Origin: Alphaproteobacteria bacterium
GTDB lineage: Bacteria; Pseudomonadota; Alphaproteobacteria; SP197
DNA length: 64,000 nt
Direction of reading: 5' to 3'
NCBI GenBank assembly: GCA_016869675.1
Contig: VGDP01000007.1
Span: 4,286 to 68,285 of the forward strand
Shown: piece after piece, positions 10,282 to 20,972 of the stretch
How the letters are laid out: the number at the start of each line of letters is the position of its first letter
How positions within the stretch are numbered: position 1 is the first letter of the stretch
Position numbers and translations under genes: made by a program
Notes under the pieces: generated by a model
What the model was told of the DNA's origin: nothing
The model's input: only the letters and a program-made list of their open reading frames with translations
Databases searched by the model: none

Positions 10282-10943
10282 TTGAGGAACTTGCCGCTGT
10301 CGGCGGGCCGCGCGGCGGTGATGACCGCGCGCATGCCGGCGACGCTGACCTTGGGCGTGATCGGCGCGCCGCGCCCGCCCATGTCGGTCTGCACCCAGCC
10401 CGGGTGGAACGCGATCACGGTGACCCCGCGCGCCTTGAGATCCAGCGCCAGGCTGACCACCACGGCGTTCAATGCGGCCTTGCTGGCCCGGTAGATGTAA
10501 GCACCGCCCGACCTGTTGTCGGCCATGCTGCCCATCTTGCTGGTGACGCAGGCGATGATCTTGGGACCGCCGCGGACGACGTTGTCGATGAGGGCCTCGG
10601 TGATCATCAGCGGCCCGAGCGCGTTGGCGCGCAGCGTCGCGTCCCATGAACCGTCGTCGACCTTGCCGAACGTCTGGCGGTCGCGCTCGCCGCCGTAGAC
10701 CCCGGCGTTGTTGATCAGGACGTCGATGGCGGTCGATTTCAGCGCCTTGGCCAGCGCCTTGACGCTGGCGCGGTCGGCCACGTCAAGCGCATGGATCATG
10801 ATGGCGCCCTTGATCGCCTTGAGCTCCTTCGCCGCGTCGGGCGACCGGCAGCAGGCGTGCACGGTCCAGCCGTCGGCGGCGTACTGACGCACGAACTCGA
10901 GGCCCAGGCCACGGTTGGCGCCGGTGATGAGCACGGTGGGCAT
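10254..10943 (-). CDS. short-chain dehydrogenase (CsgA C-factor-like SDR)
   Basis: TGANRGLG, NNAG, YRASKAALN, HPGWVQTDMGG. Confidence 0.9.
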   Translation of the reverse strand: MPTVLITGANRGLGLEFVRQYAADGWTVHACCRSPDAAKELKAIKGAIMIHALDVADRASVKALAKALKSTAIDVLINNAGVYGGERDRQTFGKVDDGSWDATLRANALGPLMITEALIDNVVRGGPKIIACVTSKMGSMADNRSGGAYIYRASKAALNAVVVSLALDLKARGVTVIAFHPGWVQTDMGGRGAPITPKVSVAGMRAVITAARPADSGKFLNYNAATIPW

Positions 10944-10965
10944 GGTTTCCTCCGCTGCGGGCGGT

Positions 10966-11793
10966 TCAAGTGGCCAACCTGCGTACCACCCGGCGCAGGC
11001 GCGGGTCGAGCCCGTCGCGCAGGCCGTCACCGACCAGGTTGCAGCCCAGCACGGCGAGGCTGATCGCCAGGCCGGGGTAAAGCGCGAGCCAGGGCTGGCC
11101 GAACAGGTAGGTCTGCGCGTCGTTCAGCATGCGCCCCCAACTCGGCTCGGGCGGCTGGGCGCCGATGCCCAGATAGCTCAGCGCCGCCTCGGCCAGGATC
11201 GCCAGGCCGAACTGCAACGCCCCCTGCACCACCAGGACGCCGGCGATGGTCGGCAGCACGTGATCGCGCGTCACCGCCAGGCGCGACTTGCCGAGCGCCA
11301 CCGCGGCGCGCACATGGTCGCGCCGCCACGCTTGGCGCGCCGCCGAGCGGGTCGTGCGCGCGAACACCGGGACATTGAAGATCGCGATGGCGATCATGGC
11401 GTTGAGCGTGCCCGCGCCGAACAGGCTGGTGATCAGCAGCGCCGAGACCACGGCGGGAAACGCGAACGCCGCGTCGCTGAGCCGCATCAGCGCCTCGTCG
11501 AGCACACCGCCCGCGCCGGCCGCCGCCGCGCCCACCGCGACGCCCACCGCCATGCCGGCGCCCACCGCGATCAGCCCGACCACCACGGCCGTGCGCGCCC
11601 CGGCCAGGATCAGGGTCAGGATGTCGCGGCCGAAATGATCGGTGCCCAGCCAATGCGTCGCCGACGGCCCGGCGAGCCGGCCGGCCACGTCGATCGCGTC
11701 CACGGGATAGGGCGTCCAGACTAGCGACAGCGCCGCCATGGCGACGATCGCGCCGATCAGGCCGAGGCCGAGCGCGAGACCGCCGCGCCTCAT
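10966..11793 (-). CDS. peptide/nickel ABC transporter permease (DppC-like)
   Basis: HWLGTDHFGRDIL, EAALSYLGIG..PPEPSWGRML, GDGLRDGLDPR. Confidence 0.9.
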   Translation of the reverse strand: MRRGGLALGLGLIGAIVAMAALSLVWTPYPVDAIDVAGRLAGPSATHWLGTDHFGRDILTLILAGARTAVVVGLIAVGAGMAVGVAVGAAAAGAGGVLDEALMRLSDAAFAFPAVVSALLITSLFGAGTLNAMIAIAIFNVPVFARTTRSAARQAWRRDHVRAAVALGKSRLAVTRDHVLPTIAGVLVVQGALQFGLAILAEAALSYLGIGAQPPEPSWGRMLNDAQTYLFGQPWLALYPGLAISLAVLGCNLVGDGLRDGLDPRLRRVVRRLAT

Positions 11794-12743
11794 GGCCGGC
11801 CCTCGGCGCGGAGCCGCGGATCGAGGAGGGCGTGCAGCGCGTCGACCGTGAAGGCGATCAGCACCGCGCCGACCACCAGGACCATGATGACGCCGCGCAC
11901 CACCACCAGGTCGCGCTGGGTCACCGCCTGCAACACTAGGCGTCCGAGGCCCGGCAGGGTAAACACGGTCTCCAGCACGATCGCGCCCGCGATCAGGAAC
12001 GTGACCTGCAGGCCGATCAGCGCCAGCACCGGCACCAGCGCGTTGGGCAGGGCGTGGCGCCACAGCAGGCGCGCGCGACCCATGCCCTTGGCCAGCGCCA
12101 TGCGCGTGTAGTCCTCGTTGAGGGTCTCGAGCATGGCGGCGCGCGTGATGCGCGCGAGCACGGCGCCCTGGGCCAGCGCCAGCGCGAACGCCGGCAGCAC
12201 GAGGGCGGCGAGCGCGCCGGCCGGGTCCTCGCGCCAGCCGGGGAAGCCGCCGGCCGGCAGCCAGCCCAGCCCGACGCCGAAGGCCAGGATCAGCAGGATG
12301 CCGAGCCAGAAGCCCGGCACGGCCAAGCCTATCTGGCTGACCGCCAGGATGGCCAGGTCGGCCGCGCGCCCGCGCCGGGCCGCCGCCGCGACCCCGGCCG
12401 GCACGCCCAGCGCCACCGTGAGCGCGAGCGCGAGCAGCGCAAGCGGCGCCGTGACCGCCAGGCGGTCGAGCACCAGCGAACCCACTGGCATGCCGTAGGT
12501 GTGGCTGACGCCCAGGTCGCCGCGCGCCAGATCGCCGAGCCAGCCGAGCAGCCGGACGTGGGCCGGGCGGTCGAGGCCGAGATCGTGACGCAGCGCCGCC
12601 AGGGCGTCATCCGTCGCGCCGATGCCCAGCATGACGCGCGCCGGGTCGCCCGGCAGCAGGTCGAGCACCGCGAACACCGCCAGCGCCGCCAGCACGAACG
12701 TCACCGCCAGGGCGAACACCCGGCCGGCCAGGTAGCGCGTCAT
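11790..12743 (-). CDS. peptide/nickel ABC transporter permease (DppB-like)
   Basis: LPGDPA, LGLDRP, GDLGVS, EDYTRMALAKG, HALPNAL, ETVFTLPGLG. Confidence 0.9.
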   Translation of the reverse strand: MTRYLAGRVFALAVTFVLAALAVFAVLDLLPGDPARVMLGIGATDDALAALRHDLGLDRPAHVRLLGWLGDLARGDLGVSHTYGMPVGSLVLDRLAVTAPLALLALALTVALGVPAGVAAAARRGRAADLAILAVSQIGLAVPGFWLGILLILAFGVGLGWLPAGGFPGWREDPAGALAALVLPAFALALAQGAVLARITRAAMLETLNEDYTRMALAKGMGRARLLWRHALPNALVPVLALIGLQVTFLIAGAIVLETVFTLPGLGRLVLQAVTQRDLVVVRGVIMVLVVGAVLIAFTVDALHALLDPRLRAEGRP

Positions 12744-13729
12744 GGGAAGCGCGTGCGCCAGCTCACCATGTCGCCCAGATCCTCGGCCAGGACGATCGCT
12801 CGGCCGACGGCGCGCGCCAGGCAATCGGCCGCCATGGCACCCGCGCGCCCGATCGCCTCGGGTCCGCGCGCGGCCGCCCAGGCGCCGGTCGCCAACGCGA
12901 ACACGGTATCGCCGTCCCACGGCGTGTGCGCCGGGCGGATGGCGCGCGCGATGCCGTCCTGGGCCATCATGGCGACACGGCGCGCCCCCGCCGCGTCGAG
13001 CTCGGCGTTGGTGGCGACGACCGCGATCGTCGTGGCGCCGCCGGCCAGCGGCCGCCGGCCGAGCGGCGCATGAGCTGCCACCGGCGCGAGTGGCGGCCGC
13101 TGGTGACCCATCTCGCCGTCCAGTTCGAAGGGCCAGGCCCACAGCGTCGGTCCGTCGCCCATCACCGGCGAGCCGACGGGGTTGGCCGCGACCAGGGCGC
13201 CGACCGCGAGGCCGTCGGCGTCGAGAACGGAAGCGCTGCCGAGTCCGCCCTTAAACGCGCCGGCGCGCGCGCCCAAGCCGGCGCCGGCGTTGCCCAGGGC
13301 GAAGTCCTTGGCCGCGGCGGCGCACGCCGCGCGCCCGAGCGCGCGGTAGGGCGGCTCGGCGCCCCAGTCCTTGACGCCGCCGTTGTTCAGGTCGAACAGG
13401 ACCGCCGCCGGCACGATGGGAACCCGCGCCGGCCCCACGGCGAAACCGCGGCCCTGCCCGGCCAGCCAGTGCATCGCGCCCGAGGCCGCGTCGAGCCCGA
13501 AGGCCGAGCCACCGCACAGCACCACGGCGTCGACCGTATCGACTAGGTTGGTCGGGTCGAGCAGGTCGGTCTCGCGCGTGCCCGGCGCGCCGCCGCGCAC
13601 ATCGACGCCGGCCACGCACGGCCGCTCGCACAGCACCACGGTCGTGCCGCTGCGCGCCGCGCGATCCTCGGCGTTGCCGACCAGGATGTGGCCGACGTCG
13701 GTGATCAGGTTGCGCGCACCCGGGCTCAC
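12740..13729 (-). CDS. P1/S58 (DmpA-like) aminopeptidase
   Basis: NLITDV, VDVRGGAPGTRETDLL, GGSAFGL, TTIAVVATNA, AHTPWDGDTVF; GTG start overlaps the upstream stop. Confidence 0.88.
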   Translation of the reverse strand: MSPGARNLITDVGHILVGNAEDRAARSGTTVVLCERPCVAGVDVRGGAPGTRETDLLDPTNLVDTVDAVVLCGGSAFGLDAASGAMHWLAGQGRGFAVGPARVPIVPAAVLFDLNNGGVKDWGAEPPYRALGRAACAAAAKDFALGNAGAGLGARAGAFKGGLGSASVLDADGLAVGALVAANPVGSPVMGDGPTLWAWPFELDGEMGHQRPPLAPVAAHAPLGRRPLAGGATTIAVVATNAELDAAGARRVAMMAQDGIARAIRPAHTPWDGDTVFALATGAWAAARGPEAIGRAGAMAADCLARAVGRAIVLAEDLGDMVSWRTRFP

Positions 13730-14220
13730 GGTGAGCCGCCGCGATCCGGCCGATCCGGTGATCGCCGCTGACGCCGGGCGGCGGCGAACTCGTCGTGCAG
13801 GTTCCACAGCTCGGAGATGGCGATATAGGTGTACGACGCCGACCAGCCGATCATCAGGAAGCTGTTGACCGCCTCGACGCCGGCGACCAAGTGCAGCCCG
13901 CCGTGCGGCACGACATCGCCGAAACCGAGCGTCGAGAAGGTGACGATCGAGAAGTAGACGTAGTCGGCGATGCCCGCCATGGGCACGCCGCCGAAACCGC
14001 CGATGTCGATCCAGTGGTCGAGGCCGTAGTACCCGACGCCGTAGACCCAGACCTCGACCGTGTGCGCCGCGAACACCGCCATCAGCACAGCGATCAGGCG
14101 CTGGCGCGGCGCCAGCATGGTCAGGCGCGGCAGCGCGCGCGAGATCAGCCGCAACGCCTCGTAGTGGATCGTCACGATGACCAGCACCAGGATCGTCGCG
14201 ACAGCCATGGCCGGCAGCAT
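13726..14220 (-). CDS. small two-TM potassium-channel-domain (Ion_trans_2) protein
   Basis: YFSIVTFSTLGFGDVVP pore-loop signature between hydrophobic helices. Confidence 0.82.
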   Translation of the reverse strand: MLPAMAVATILVLVIVTIHYEALRLISRALPRLTMLAPRQRLIAVLMAVFAAHTVEVWVYGVGYYGLDHWIDIGGFGGVPMAGIADYVYFSIVTFSTLGFGDVVPHGGLHLVAGVEAVNSFLMIGWSASYTYIAISELWNLHDEFAAARRQRRSPDRPDRGGSP

Positions 14221-14329
14221 GTCGTCCCCGCGTGCCGTGAGCCTTACGAGGATAGCGGCAGGCGCGGCGAACGCGCCATGGTTCACGCGCGCCCGGACGG
14301 GTAAGGTCGGGTCGACAAAGGGTGAACCC

Positions 14330-16041
14330 ATGACGTGGAAAACGACCTGCCGGATCCTGGGCTTCGTGCTCTTCACCGCGCTGCTCGGCGCCGGTGGCGC
14401 GACGGCGCGCGAGCCGGTGCGCGCCGAGCGCTACATGGTGGTCGCCGCCGACCCGCGCGCCGTCGAGGCGGGATTGGCGGTCCTGCGCGAGGGCGGCAGC
14501 GCGGTCGACGCGGCGATCGCGGCGCAACTGGTGCTGAGCGTCGTCGAGCCGCAATCCTCGGGCCTCGGCGGCGGCTTCCTCGTGCACTACGACGCGGCGA
14601 GCCGGACGGTCACCACCTACGACAGGCGGAAACCCCGCGCCGCGGCGGCCACGCCTGACCTATTCCTGAACGCCGACGGCACGGCCATGGACTTCATGAA
14701 CGCGGTGGTGAGCGGCCGTTCGGTCGGCGTGCCGGGCCTGATCGACATGCTGGACCTTGCGCACCAGACTTCGGCTGGCTGGAGTGGGACCGCCTGTTCG
14801 AGCCGGCGATCAAACTGGCGTTCACCGGCTTCGCGGTGTCGCCGCGCCTGGCTCAATCCATCGCCGAGAACGAGCGCATGGATGCCCACCGGGCTACCGC
14901 CGCGCTGTTCCTGACCGCCGAGGGCCAGCCGGTGCCGGCCGGCACGGCCCTGACCATGACGCGGCTCGGCGAGACGCTCGACGCCATCGCACAATCCGGC
15001 GCCCGCACTTTCTACGATGGGTTGAAAATCCCGTTCGACTTCATCAAGGAGGTGCAGCGCTTCGAGCCGAACCCCGGTTCGTTCACCTTCGACGACATGA
15101 CCGCGTACCACGCCCAGCGGCGGGATGCGGTGTGCGGCCCCTATCGTGTCTGGGTCGTGTGCGGCATGGGACCGCCGTCATCGGGCGGCATCGCCGTGCT
15201 GCAGATCCTGGGCCTGCTCGAACGCTTCAACATGGCGGCTCTGGCGCCCGGATCGGCCGAGGCGGCACACCTGATCGCCGAGGCGAGCCGGCTCGCCTTC
15301 GCCGACTGCAACGCCTTCGTCGCCAACCCCGGCTTCGTCGCGGTTCCCGTCGAGGGCCTGATCGACCGCGGTTATCTCGCGGAACGGTCGGCGCCAATCA
15401 CGCCGGAGCACAGCCTGGGCATCGCCCAGCCGGGCGATCCGCCGCACCGCGAAGGGCGCCTTTGGGCGCCGGACGACGGCGACGGGCGTGCCTCCACCAC
15501 CCATATCAGCGTCATCGACGGCAACGGCAACGCGGTAGGCCTGACCAGCAGCATCGAAGGTCCGTTTGGTTCGCGCCTCATAGCGGGCGGCTTCCTGCTG
15601 AACAACGAGCTGACGGACTTCGCCTTCGAGCCGGTCGTCGAGGGCGCGCCCGTCGCTAACCGGGTCGAGCGGGGCAAGCGGCCGCGTTCGTCCATGGCGC
15701 CGATGATCGTGCTGGACCACGAGGGCCGGCTGGTCGCGGTGGTCGGTTCGCCCGGCGGCTCGCGCATCATCGGTTACGTCGCGCAGGCGCTGGTGGCCAT
15801 GCTCGACTGGGGCCTCAATCCGCAGGCCGCCGTCGGCCTGCCTCATTTGCTGAACCGCAACGGCGCGACCGAGCTGGAGGCCGGCACCGCGGCCGAGGCC
15901 CTGGCCGAGGCGCTGGCCGCGCTGGGCCAGGAGACCGCGGCCAAGGACATGGCCAGCGGCCTCAACGTCATCCTGGTCACGCCCGACGGCTTGTTGGGCG
16001 GCGCCGACCCGCGCCGCGAAGGCATCGCGGCCGGCGACTGA
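14330..16041 (+). pseudogene. ggt: gamma-glutamyltransferase, frameshifted near 14770
   Basis: GGSAVDAAIAAQLVLSVVEPQSSGLGGG in the first frame; PPSSGG, catalytic TTHISVID, GFLLNNELTDF, KRPRSSMAP, GADPRREG in the second frame. Confidence 0.88.
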
Positions 16042-16050
16042 CCGGACCGA

Positions 16051-16542
16051 TCAAGCCTGCTTCATGTGCGTGACGAGCTGATCGAGCGCCTTGCCCCAAC
16101 CGTCGTGGAAGCCCATGGCCTCGTGGTGCCGCCGGCCCTCTTCCTCGCCCTGCATGGCGAGCGCCGTGTACTTGGCGCCGCCGCCGTGCGGTTCGACCGC
16201 CACCACCGCCGTGAAGGTGAAGCCGCGCGCCCGACGTTGGGCCGGCCGGTAGCCGGGCAGCAGTGCATCGGTCCACACCAGGCGGCGGCCCTCGACGATC
16301 TCGAGGTAGCAGCCGACGTTCGGAAAGTTATTGCCCTGGGGCGAGCGCATGACCGTGCGGAACGCGCCGCCGGGCCGCAGATTGATCTGGCAGTCGACGG
16401 TCGTCCACGGCGCCGGCGTAAACCATTTCACGACGCGGCTCGGCTCGGTCCACGCGGCCCACACGCGCGCGGGCGACACATCGACCACGCGCTCGAGCAC
16501 CAGGTCGAGACGCGGATCGGAAGCGTACGTCAAGTGCATCAT
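16051..16542 (-). CDS. SRPBCC/AHSA1-family ligand-binding protein
   Basis: [10 protein letters not shown]...VWAAWT...WFTP.PW...LRPGG...MGFHDGWG. Confidence 0.85.
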   Translation of the reverse strand: MMHLTYASDPRLDLVLERVVDVSPARVWAAWTEPSRVVKWFTPAPWTTVDCQINLRPGGAFRTVMRSPQGNNFPNVGCYLEIVEGRRLVWTDALLPGYRPAQRRARGFTFTAVVAVEPHGGGAKYTALAMQGEEEGRRHHEAMGFHDGWGKALDQLVTHMKQA

Positions 16543-16877
16543 GGTTCGTCCTCCTGCATAACCTCGAGGTAGGCGTCGAGCTGATCGAGGCGCGCCGTCC
16601 AAAGGGCGCGACGCTCGGCCATCCAGCGCTCCGCGGACTTCATGGGCTTCGGCACGATCCAGTAGGTGCGCACGCGGCCCTTCTTGCGCGATCGCACAAG
16701 TCCGCAGTCCTCCAGGATGCCCAGGTGCTGGACGAAGGACGGCAAGGCCATGGCGAACGGGCGCGCGAGCTCGCTGACCGCCGCCGGCCCGCGGCACAGG
16801 CGGCTGACCACGGCGCGGCGGGTGGGATCACCCAACGCGTGGAAGACCAGGTCGAGCGGCGCTTTTTTATTAGGCAT
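16539..16877 (-). CDS. ArsR/SmtB-family transcriptional regulator
   Basis: [15 protein letters not shown]...[23 protein letters not shown]...K.GRVR; ATGA-coupled to the SRPBCC gene. Confidence 0.88.
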   Translation of the reverse strand: MPNKKAPLDLVFHALGDPTRRAVVSRLCRGPAAVSELARPFAMALPSFVQHLGILEDCGLVRSRKKGRVRTYWIVPKPMKSAERWMAERRALWTARLDQLDAYLEVMQEDEP

Positions 16878-16885
16878 CGGCCTAA
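16870..16885. promoter_or_regulatory. palindromic operator overlapping the ArsR start codon
   Basis: TTAGGC-ATCG-GCCTAA perfect 6-4-6 inverted repeat. Confidence 0.55.
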
Positions 16886-17009
16886 GTATGTAGTGACCCA
16901 GCGGCCCGGTCAACATCGGGCGGGTGCGAGCAGCGGGCGCCGGAAACAGGTTTATCTTATCCACTGTTCCGGGTAGGCAGACGCGCACGCCATCGGAAAT
17001 CACCCCGTC

Positions 17010-18203
17010 ATGACCGAAGCCGCCGACCGCCCGACGATCCGCCTGCTGGCGGGCCACGCCAAGCGCCTGCGCGCCGGCCATCCCTGGATCTTCTCCAACG
17101 AGATCGCCATGGACGCGGCGGCCAAGGCGTTGGAGCCCGGCACGTTGGCGCGCGTCATCGACGCGGGCGGCGAGGCCCTGGTGTGCGCCACGTTCAACCC
17201 CCATTCCCTGATCGCCGCGCGGGTGGTCGACCGCGACCCAGAGGCGCCGTTCGACGCGGGCGCCATCGCCCGACGCCTGACGCGGGCGCGCGACCTGCGC
17301 GACCGCCTGATCGGCGCCCCCTTCTATCGGCTGATCCACGCCGAGGCGGACCGCTTGCCCGGTCTGGTCGTCGATCGCTTCGGCGACGTGCTCGTGGTCC
17401 AGGCCAACACGGCCGGCGCCGAACGTCTGCTGCCGGTGATCGCCGAGGCCCTGGACGCCACGTTGAAGCCGCGCGGTATCGTCTACCGCTGCGACAGCGC
17501 GGTGCGGCGCCTGGAGGGCCTGGACGGCTATGTGCGCACGTCGGGCGCCACGCCGGATGCGCCCGTGGCGGTGCCCGAGGGCGGCGTGACGTTCCGCGCC
17601 GATCTGATCGCCGGGCAGAAGACCGGCTGGTACTTCGACCAGCGCGACAACCGGGCGTTCGTCGCCGCGCTGGCGTCCGGCGCGCGCGTGCTCGATCTCT
17701 ATTGCCATGGCGGCGGCTTCGGCCTGCGCGCGCTGGCCGCCGGCGCGGCGGCCGCGACCCTGGTCGACACCTCGCAGCCGGCGCTCGACCTGGCGCGCGC
17801 CGCGGCCGAGGCGAGCGGCCTGACGACCGCGAGCTTCGCGCGCGCCGACGTGTTCGCCTATCTGGAATCGCGCGGCGCAGCGCGCGAGGTATGGGACGTG
17901 GTGATCACCGATCCGCCGTCGTTCGTGAAGTCGCGCAAGGACCTAGGGGCCGGCCTGCGCGGCTACCGCAAGCTGGCGCGGCTGGCGGCGGCGGTCGTCG
18001 CGCCCGGCGGCATCCTGGCGATCGCCTCGTGCTCGCACAACGTAGACGCGCCGACCTTCGACGAGCAGGTGCGGCGGGGCCTGGGCGACGCCGGACGCGA
18101 GGCGCGCATCCTGCGCGCGTCCGGCGCGGCGCCCGACCACCCGCTGCACCCGGCCCTGCCTGAATCCGCCTATCTGAAGTGCCTGGTGCTCCAAGTGGAC
18201 TGA
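17010..18203 (+). CDS. class I SAM-dependent rRNA methyltransferase (RlmI family)
   Basis: GHPWIFSNEI (PUA), EADRLPGLVVDRF, GQKTGWYFDQRDNR, DPPSF, SCSH, YLK. Confidence 0.9.
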   Translation: MTEAADRPTIRLLAGHAKRLRAGHPWIFSNEIAMDAAAKALEPGTLARVIDAGGEALVCATFNPHSLIAARVVDRDPEAPFDAGAIARRLTRARDLRDRLIGAPFYRLIHAEADRLPGLVVDRFGDVLVVQANTAGAERLLPVIAEALDATLKPRGIVYRCDSAVRRLEGLDGYVRTSGATPDAPVAVPEGGVTFRADLIAGQKTGWYFDQRDNRAFVAALASGARVLDLYCHGGGFGLRALAAGAAAATLVDTSQPALDLARAAAEASGLTTASFARADVFAYLESRGAAREVWDVVITDPPSFVKSRKDLGAGLRGYRKLARLAAAVVAPGGILAIASCSHNVDAPTFDEQVRRGLGDAGREARILRASGAAPDHPLHPALPESAYLKCLVLQVD

Positions 18204-18235
18204 GTGGCACGCTGCATATCCAGAGGGCGACAACC

Positions 18236-18697
18236 ATGACCACGACACTGACCGACCGCTTCGACCGCGCACTGCTGTACGCGACCCACGTCCACGGCGG
18301 CCAGACGCGCAAGGGCACCGGCACGCCCTACGTCGCACACCTGCTCGCGGTCGCCGCGACGGTGCTGGAGTATGGCGGCGACGAGGACCTGGCGATCGCC
18401 GCGCTGCTGCACGACAGCGCCAAGGACCAGGGCGGCAAGGCGCGCCTGGACGACGTGCGCAACCGCTTCGGCCACCGCGTGGCCCACATGGTCGAGGCCT
18501 GCTCGGACGGCCTCGCCAACACCTCGGCCGGGGAGCGCAAGGCGGACTGGCGCCAGCGCAAGGAGCGCTACATCGCCCACCTGCGCGAGGCGACGCTCTG
18601 GTACTACCGCGGCCTCGCCGACGTGTTCCGCGCCCATCTGCCGGGCCAGCTCGCCGACGAGCTGGCCGAGATCGTCGAGATCCTCGAGGCGAGCTGA
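18236..18697 (+). pseudogene. HD-domain (MESH1/small alarmone hydrolase-like) protein with apparent internal in-frame deletion
   Basis: HGGQTRKGTGTPYVAHLL, AALLHDS.KD; jumps from YIAHLREA straight to TLWYY, lacking the usual DKLHN segment. Confidence 0.65.
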
Positions 18698-18709
18698 GGC
18701 GAGCCGGCC

Positions 18710-20113
18710 CTACGCCGTACCCGCGTAGGGCTGGGGCAGGGTGAACGCGAAGGTCGTCCCCTCGGCCCCCGTGGCGATGAGCACCAGATCGCCACCGTGG
18801 GCGTTGACCAGCTCGCGCGCGATGGCGAGCCCGAGCCCCGTGCCACCCGGCCGGGCGCCGCCGGCGAACGCCTCGAACAGGTGCTCGCGCGCCTTGGCCG
18901 GCAGACCGGGACCGTTGTCGCGCACCGTCACGCGCGTGACGTGATCGGCGCCCGTCGCCGCCACGGCAAGGCGGCCGCCGCCGTTCATGGCGTCGACCGC
19001 GTTGCGCCCGAGGTTCAGCAGCACGCGGAAGATCTGATCGCGGTCGTCGCGGACCTACTGGGTCTCGGGCACGTCGTTGTCGAACTGGAACGCCGGCGTG
19101 TCGCCCGCCGCCAGCGCCTCGCCCACGTCGGCGACCAGGGCGCGCAAGGGGAACCGGGACAGGCGCAGCTCGGGCTCGTCGGCGCGGGCGAAGCGCAGCG
19201 CGTCCTCGCACAGGAGAACCGCGCGGTCGATCGCCGCTTCCAGGATCCCGGCCTGGCGCTTGATCTCGGGATCGCCGCTCAGGGTCAGGCAGTCGGAGAC
19301 AAGCGCCGCCGTGGCCAGGATGTTCTTCAGGTCGTGGCTGATCTTGCCGACGGCGGCGCCCGTCGCGGCCAGCCGGGCGCATTGACGCAGCGCGCCGCGC
19401 AGGGCGATCTGCATGTCCTGTACCGTGCGCTGCGCTTGGCCGATTTCGTCGCTGCGCGCGCTGGGCACCACGGCGCGCGAGGCGTCCTCGGGCGCGCGGC
19501 GGAACCCGGCGATGTCGTCGATCAGGCGGCGCAACGGGCGCACCAGCAACCAGCGCAGCGCCAGGAATACGAGCGACGCCGCGACCAGCGAGATGACGAT
19601 CGACAGCAGGAGGATGCGCCACGAGTAGTCGAGCATGGCGTCCAGCAACGGCGGCTCGTCGAGCGTGACCTCGACGCCGATCGTGGGGTCCGCCGGCGAG
19701 GTGCCGACGACCGACAGACGGCGATCGCCCTCGGCCAGGGTGGTGAAGGCCATGCGGATCAGCCACCAGGGAGAGGCGCCGTCGAGCGCGATCGTCGCGT
19801 CGACCGGCGTGGGCTGGCCGAGCATCAGGTAGGAGGCGTTGCGCATCTTGAGCGCGATCGAACGGACCTTGGCATGGCGCAGCAGCTCGGTCGCCAGGCT
19901 GGGCGGCACCCGCCCCGTGGGCGTGGCCAGCACGGCCAGCGACGCTTGGTGCGCCGCCGCCAGGCGTTCCTGCAGGTAGTTCTGCCAATAGCGCGAGATC
20001 GACGGTACGTAGATCAGCACCTCGCCAATCATGACGAACAGGACGGTCAGCACCAGCAGGCGCGAGGACAGGCTTCGGAGGGGCTGGGCCAGGCTGAACG
20101 ACGGTGCCGGCAT
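18710..20113 (-). pseudogene. HAMP sensor histidine kinase interrupted by an in-frame TAG (19055-19057)
   Basis: TM-HAMP, KISHDLKNIL H-box; after the TAG the same frame continues RVLLNLGRNA, DNGPG, LFEAF, GTGLGLAIARELV. Confidence 0.88.
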
Positions 20114-20151
20114 GGCGTTCCAGTGGCGTCGCGCGGGCGTCCCGGCGCCGG

Positions 20152-20180
20152 TTGACTCGCCGCGGGCGACGGCCTATACA
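20152..20180 (+). promoter_or_regulatory. sigma70-type promoter of the rpmH operon
   Basis: TTGACT-N17-TATACA about 54 nt upstream of rpmH. Confidence 0.65.
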
Positions 20181-20233
20181 CCGGGCCTTCGCGGCGGCCC
20201 CAGGGGCCGCCCCCCTGTTGTCGAGCCGAGCCC

Positions 20234-20368
20234 GTGAAACGCACATATCAGCCGAGCCGCCTGATCCGCAAGCGCCGTCACGGCTTTCGCGCCCGCAGGA
20301 AGACCGTCGGCGGCCGTATCGTCTTGGCCCGCCGCCGTGCCAAGGGTCGCAAGCGGCTCTCCGCCTGA
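20234..20368 (+). CDS. rpmH: 50S ribosomal protein L34
   Basis: Manual translation [44 protein letters not shown]. Confidence 0.97.
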   Translation: MKRTYQPSRLIRKRRHGFRARRKTVGGRIVLARRRAKGRKRLSA

Positions 20369-20723
20369 GCGTGGCGCCGGACCCCAGCGCCTGCGACACC
20401 GGGGCGATTTCGTCCGGCTGTCCGGGAGCCGTGTCAAGGTGGTGACCGAGGCTTTCATCCTGCAGGCCCGCCCGAGCGAGGCCGCCAGTTCGGCGGTCCG
20501 CGTCGGCTTCACGGCCAGCCGCAAGGTGGGCGGCGCCGTGGTGCGCAACCGCGCGCGCCGGCGCCTGAAGGCGCTCGCAGCACGGGTGCTGGCGGCCCGC
20601 GCACGGCCCGGCTGGGACTATGTCCTGGTCGCGCGCGGCGCCGCCGTGTCGCGCCCCTGGTCCACGATGGTCAGCGACCTGGAGGCCGCGTTCGACCGGC
20701 TCGATCGCACGGCCGTGCCATGA
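20337..20723 (+). CDS. rnpA: ribonuclease P protein component (start uncertain)
   Basis: [36 protein letters not shown]; lies between rpmH and yidD. Confidence 0.9.
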   Translation: MPRVASGSPPERGAGPQRLRHRGDFVRLSGSRVKVVTEAFILQARPSEAASSAVRVGFTASRKVGGAVVRNRARRRLKALAARVLAARARPGWDYVLVARGAAVSRPWSTMVSDLEAAFDRLDRTAVP

Positions 20724-20962
20724 GCCCGGCCGCCCACGGTCTCGCCCTGCTCGTGCGGGCCTATCGCCTGGGCATCGCGCCGGTGCTGGCCGGCCGCTGC
20801 CGCTACCTGCCGACCTGCTCGGTCTACGCGCTGGAGGCGCTGGAGCGCCACGGCGCGCTGCGCGGCGGGTTGTTGGCGGCGCGCCGTCTGCTGCGTTGCC
20901 ATCCGCTGGGGGGTCACGGCTACGACCCCGTGCCGGGCGCCGCGCCCGGTCCGCGCGTCTGA
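20720..20962 (+). CDS. yidD: membrane protein insertion efficiency factor
   Basis: [11 protein letters not shown]...HG...RLLRCHP.GG.GYDPVP. Confidence 0.93.
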   Translation: MSPAAHGLALLVRAYRLGIAPVLAGRCRYLPTCSVYALEALERHGALRGGLLAARRLLRCHPLGGHGYDPVPGAAPGPRV

Positions 20963-20972
20963 GCTCCGCGCC

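Noticed and set aside
16957..16965. DnaA box (TTATCCACT) or replication origin near rpmH
   Set aside because: Single one-mismatch box, no cluster, no AT-rich unwinding element, and dnaA is not adjacent
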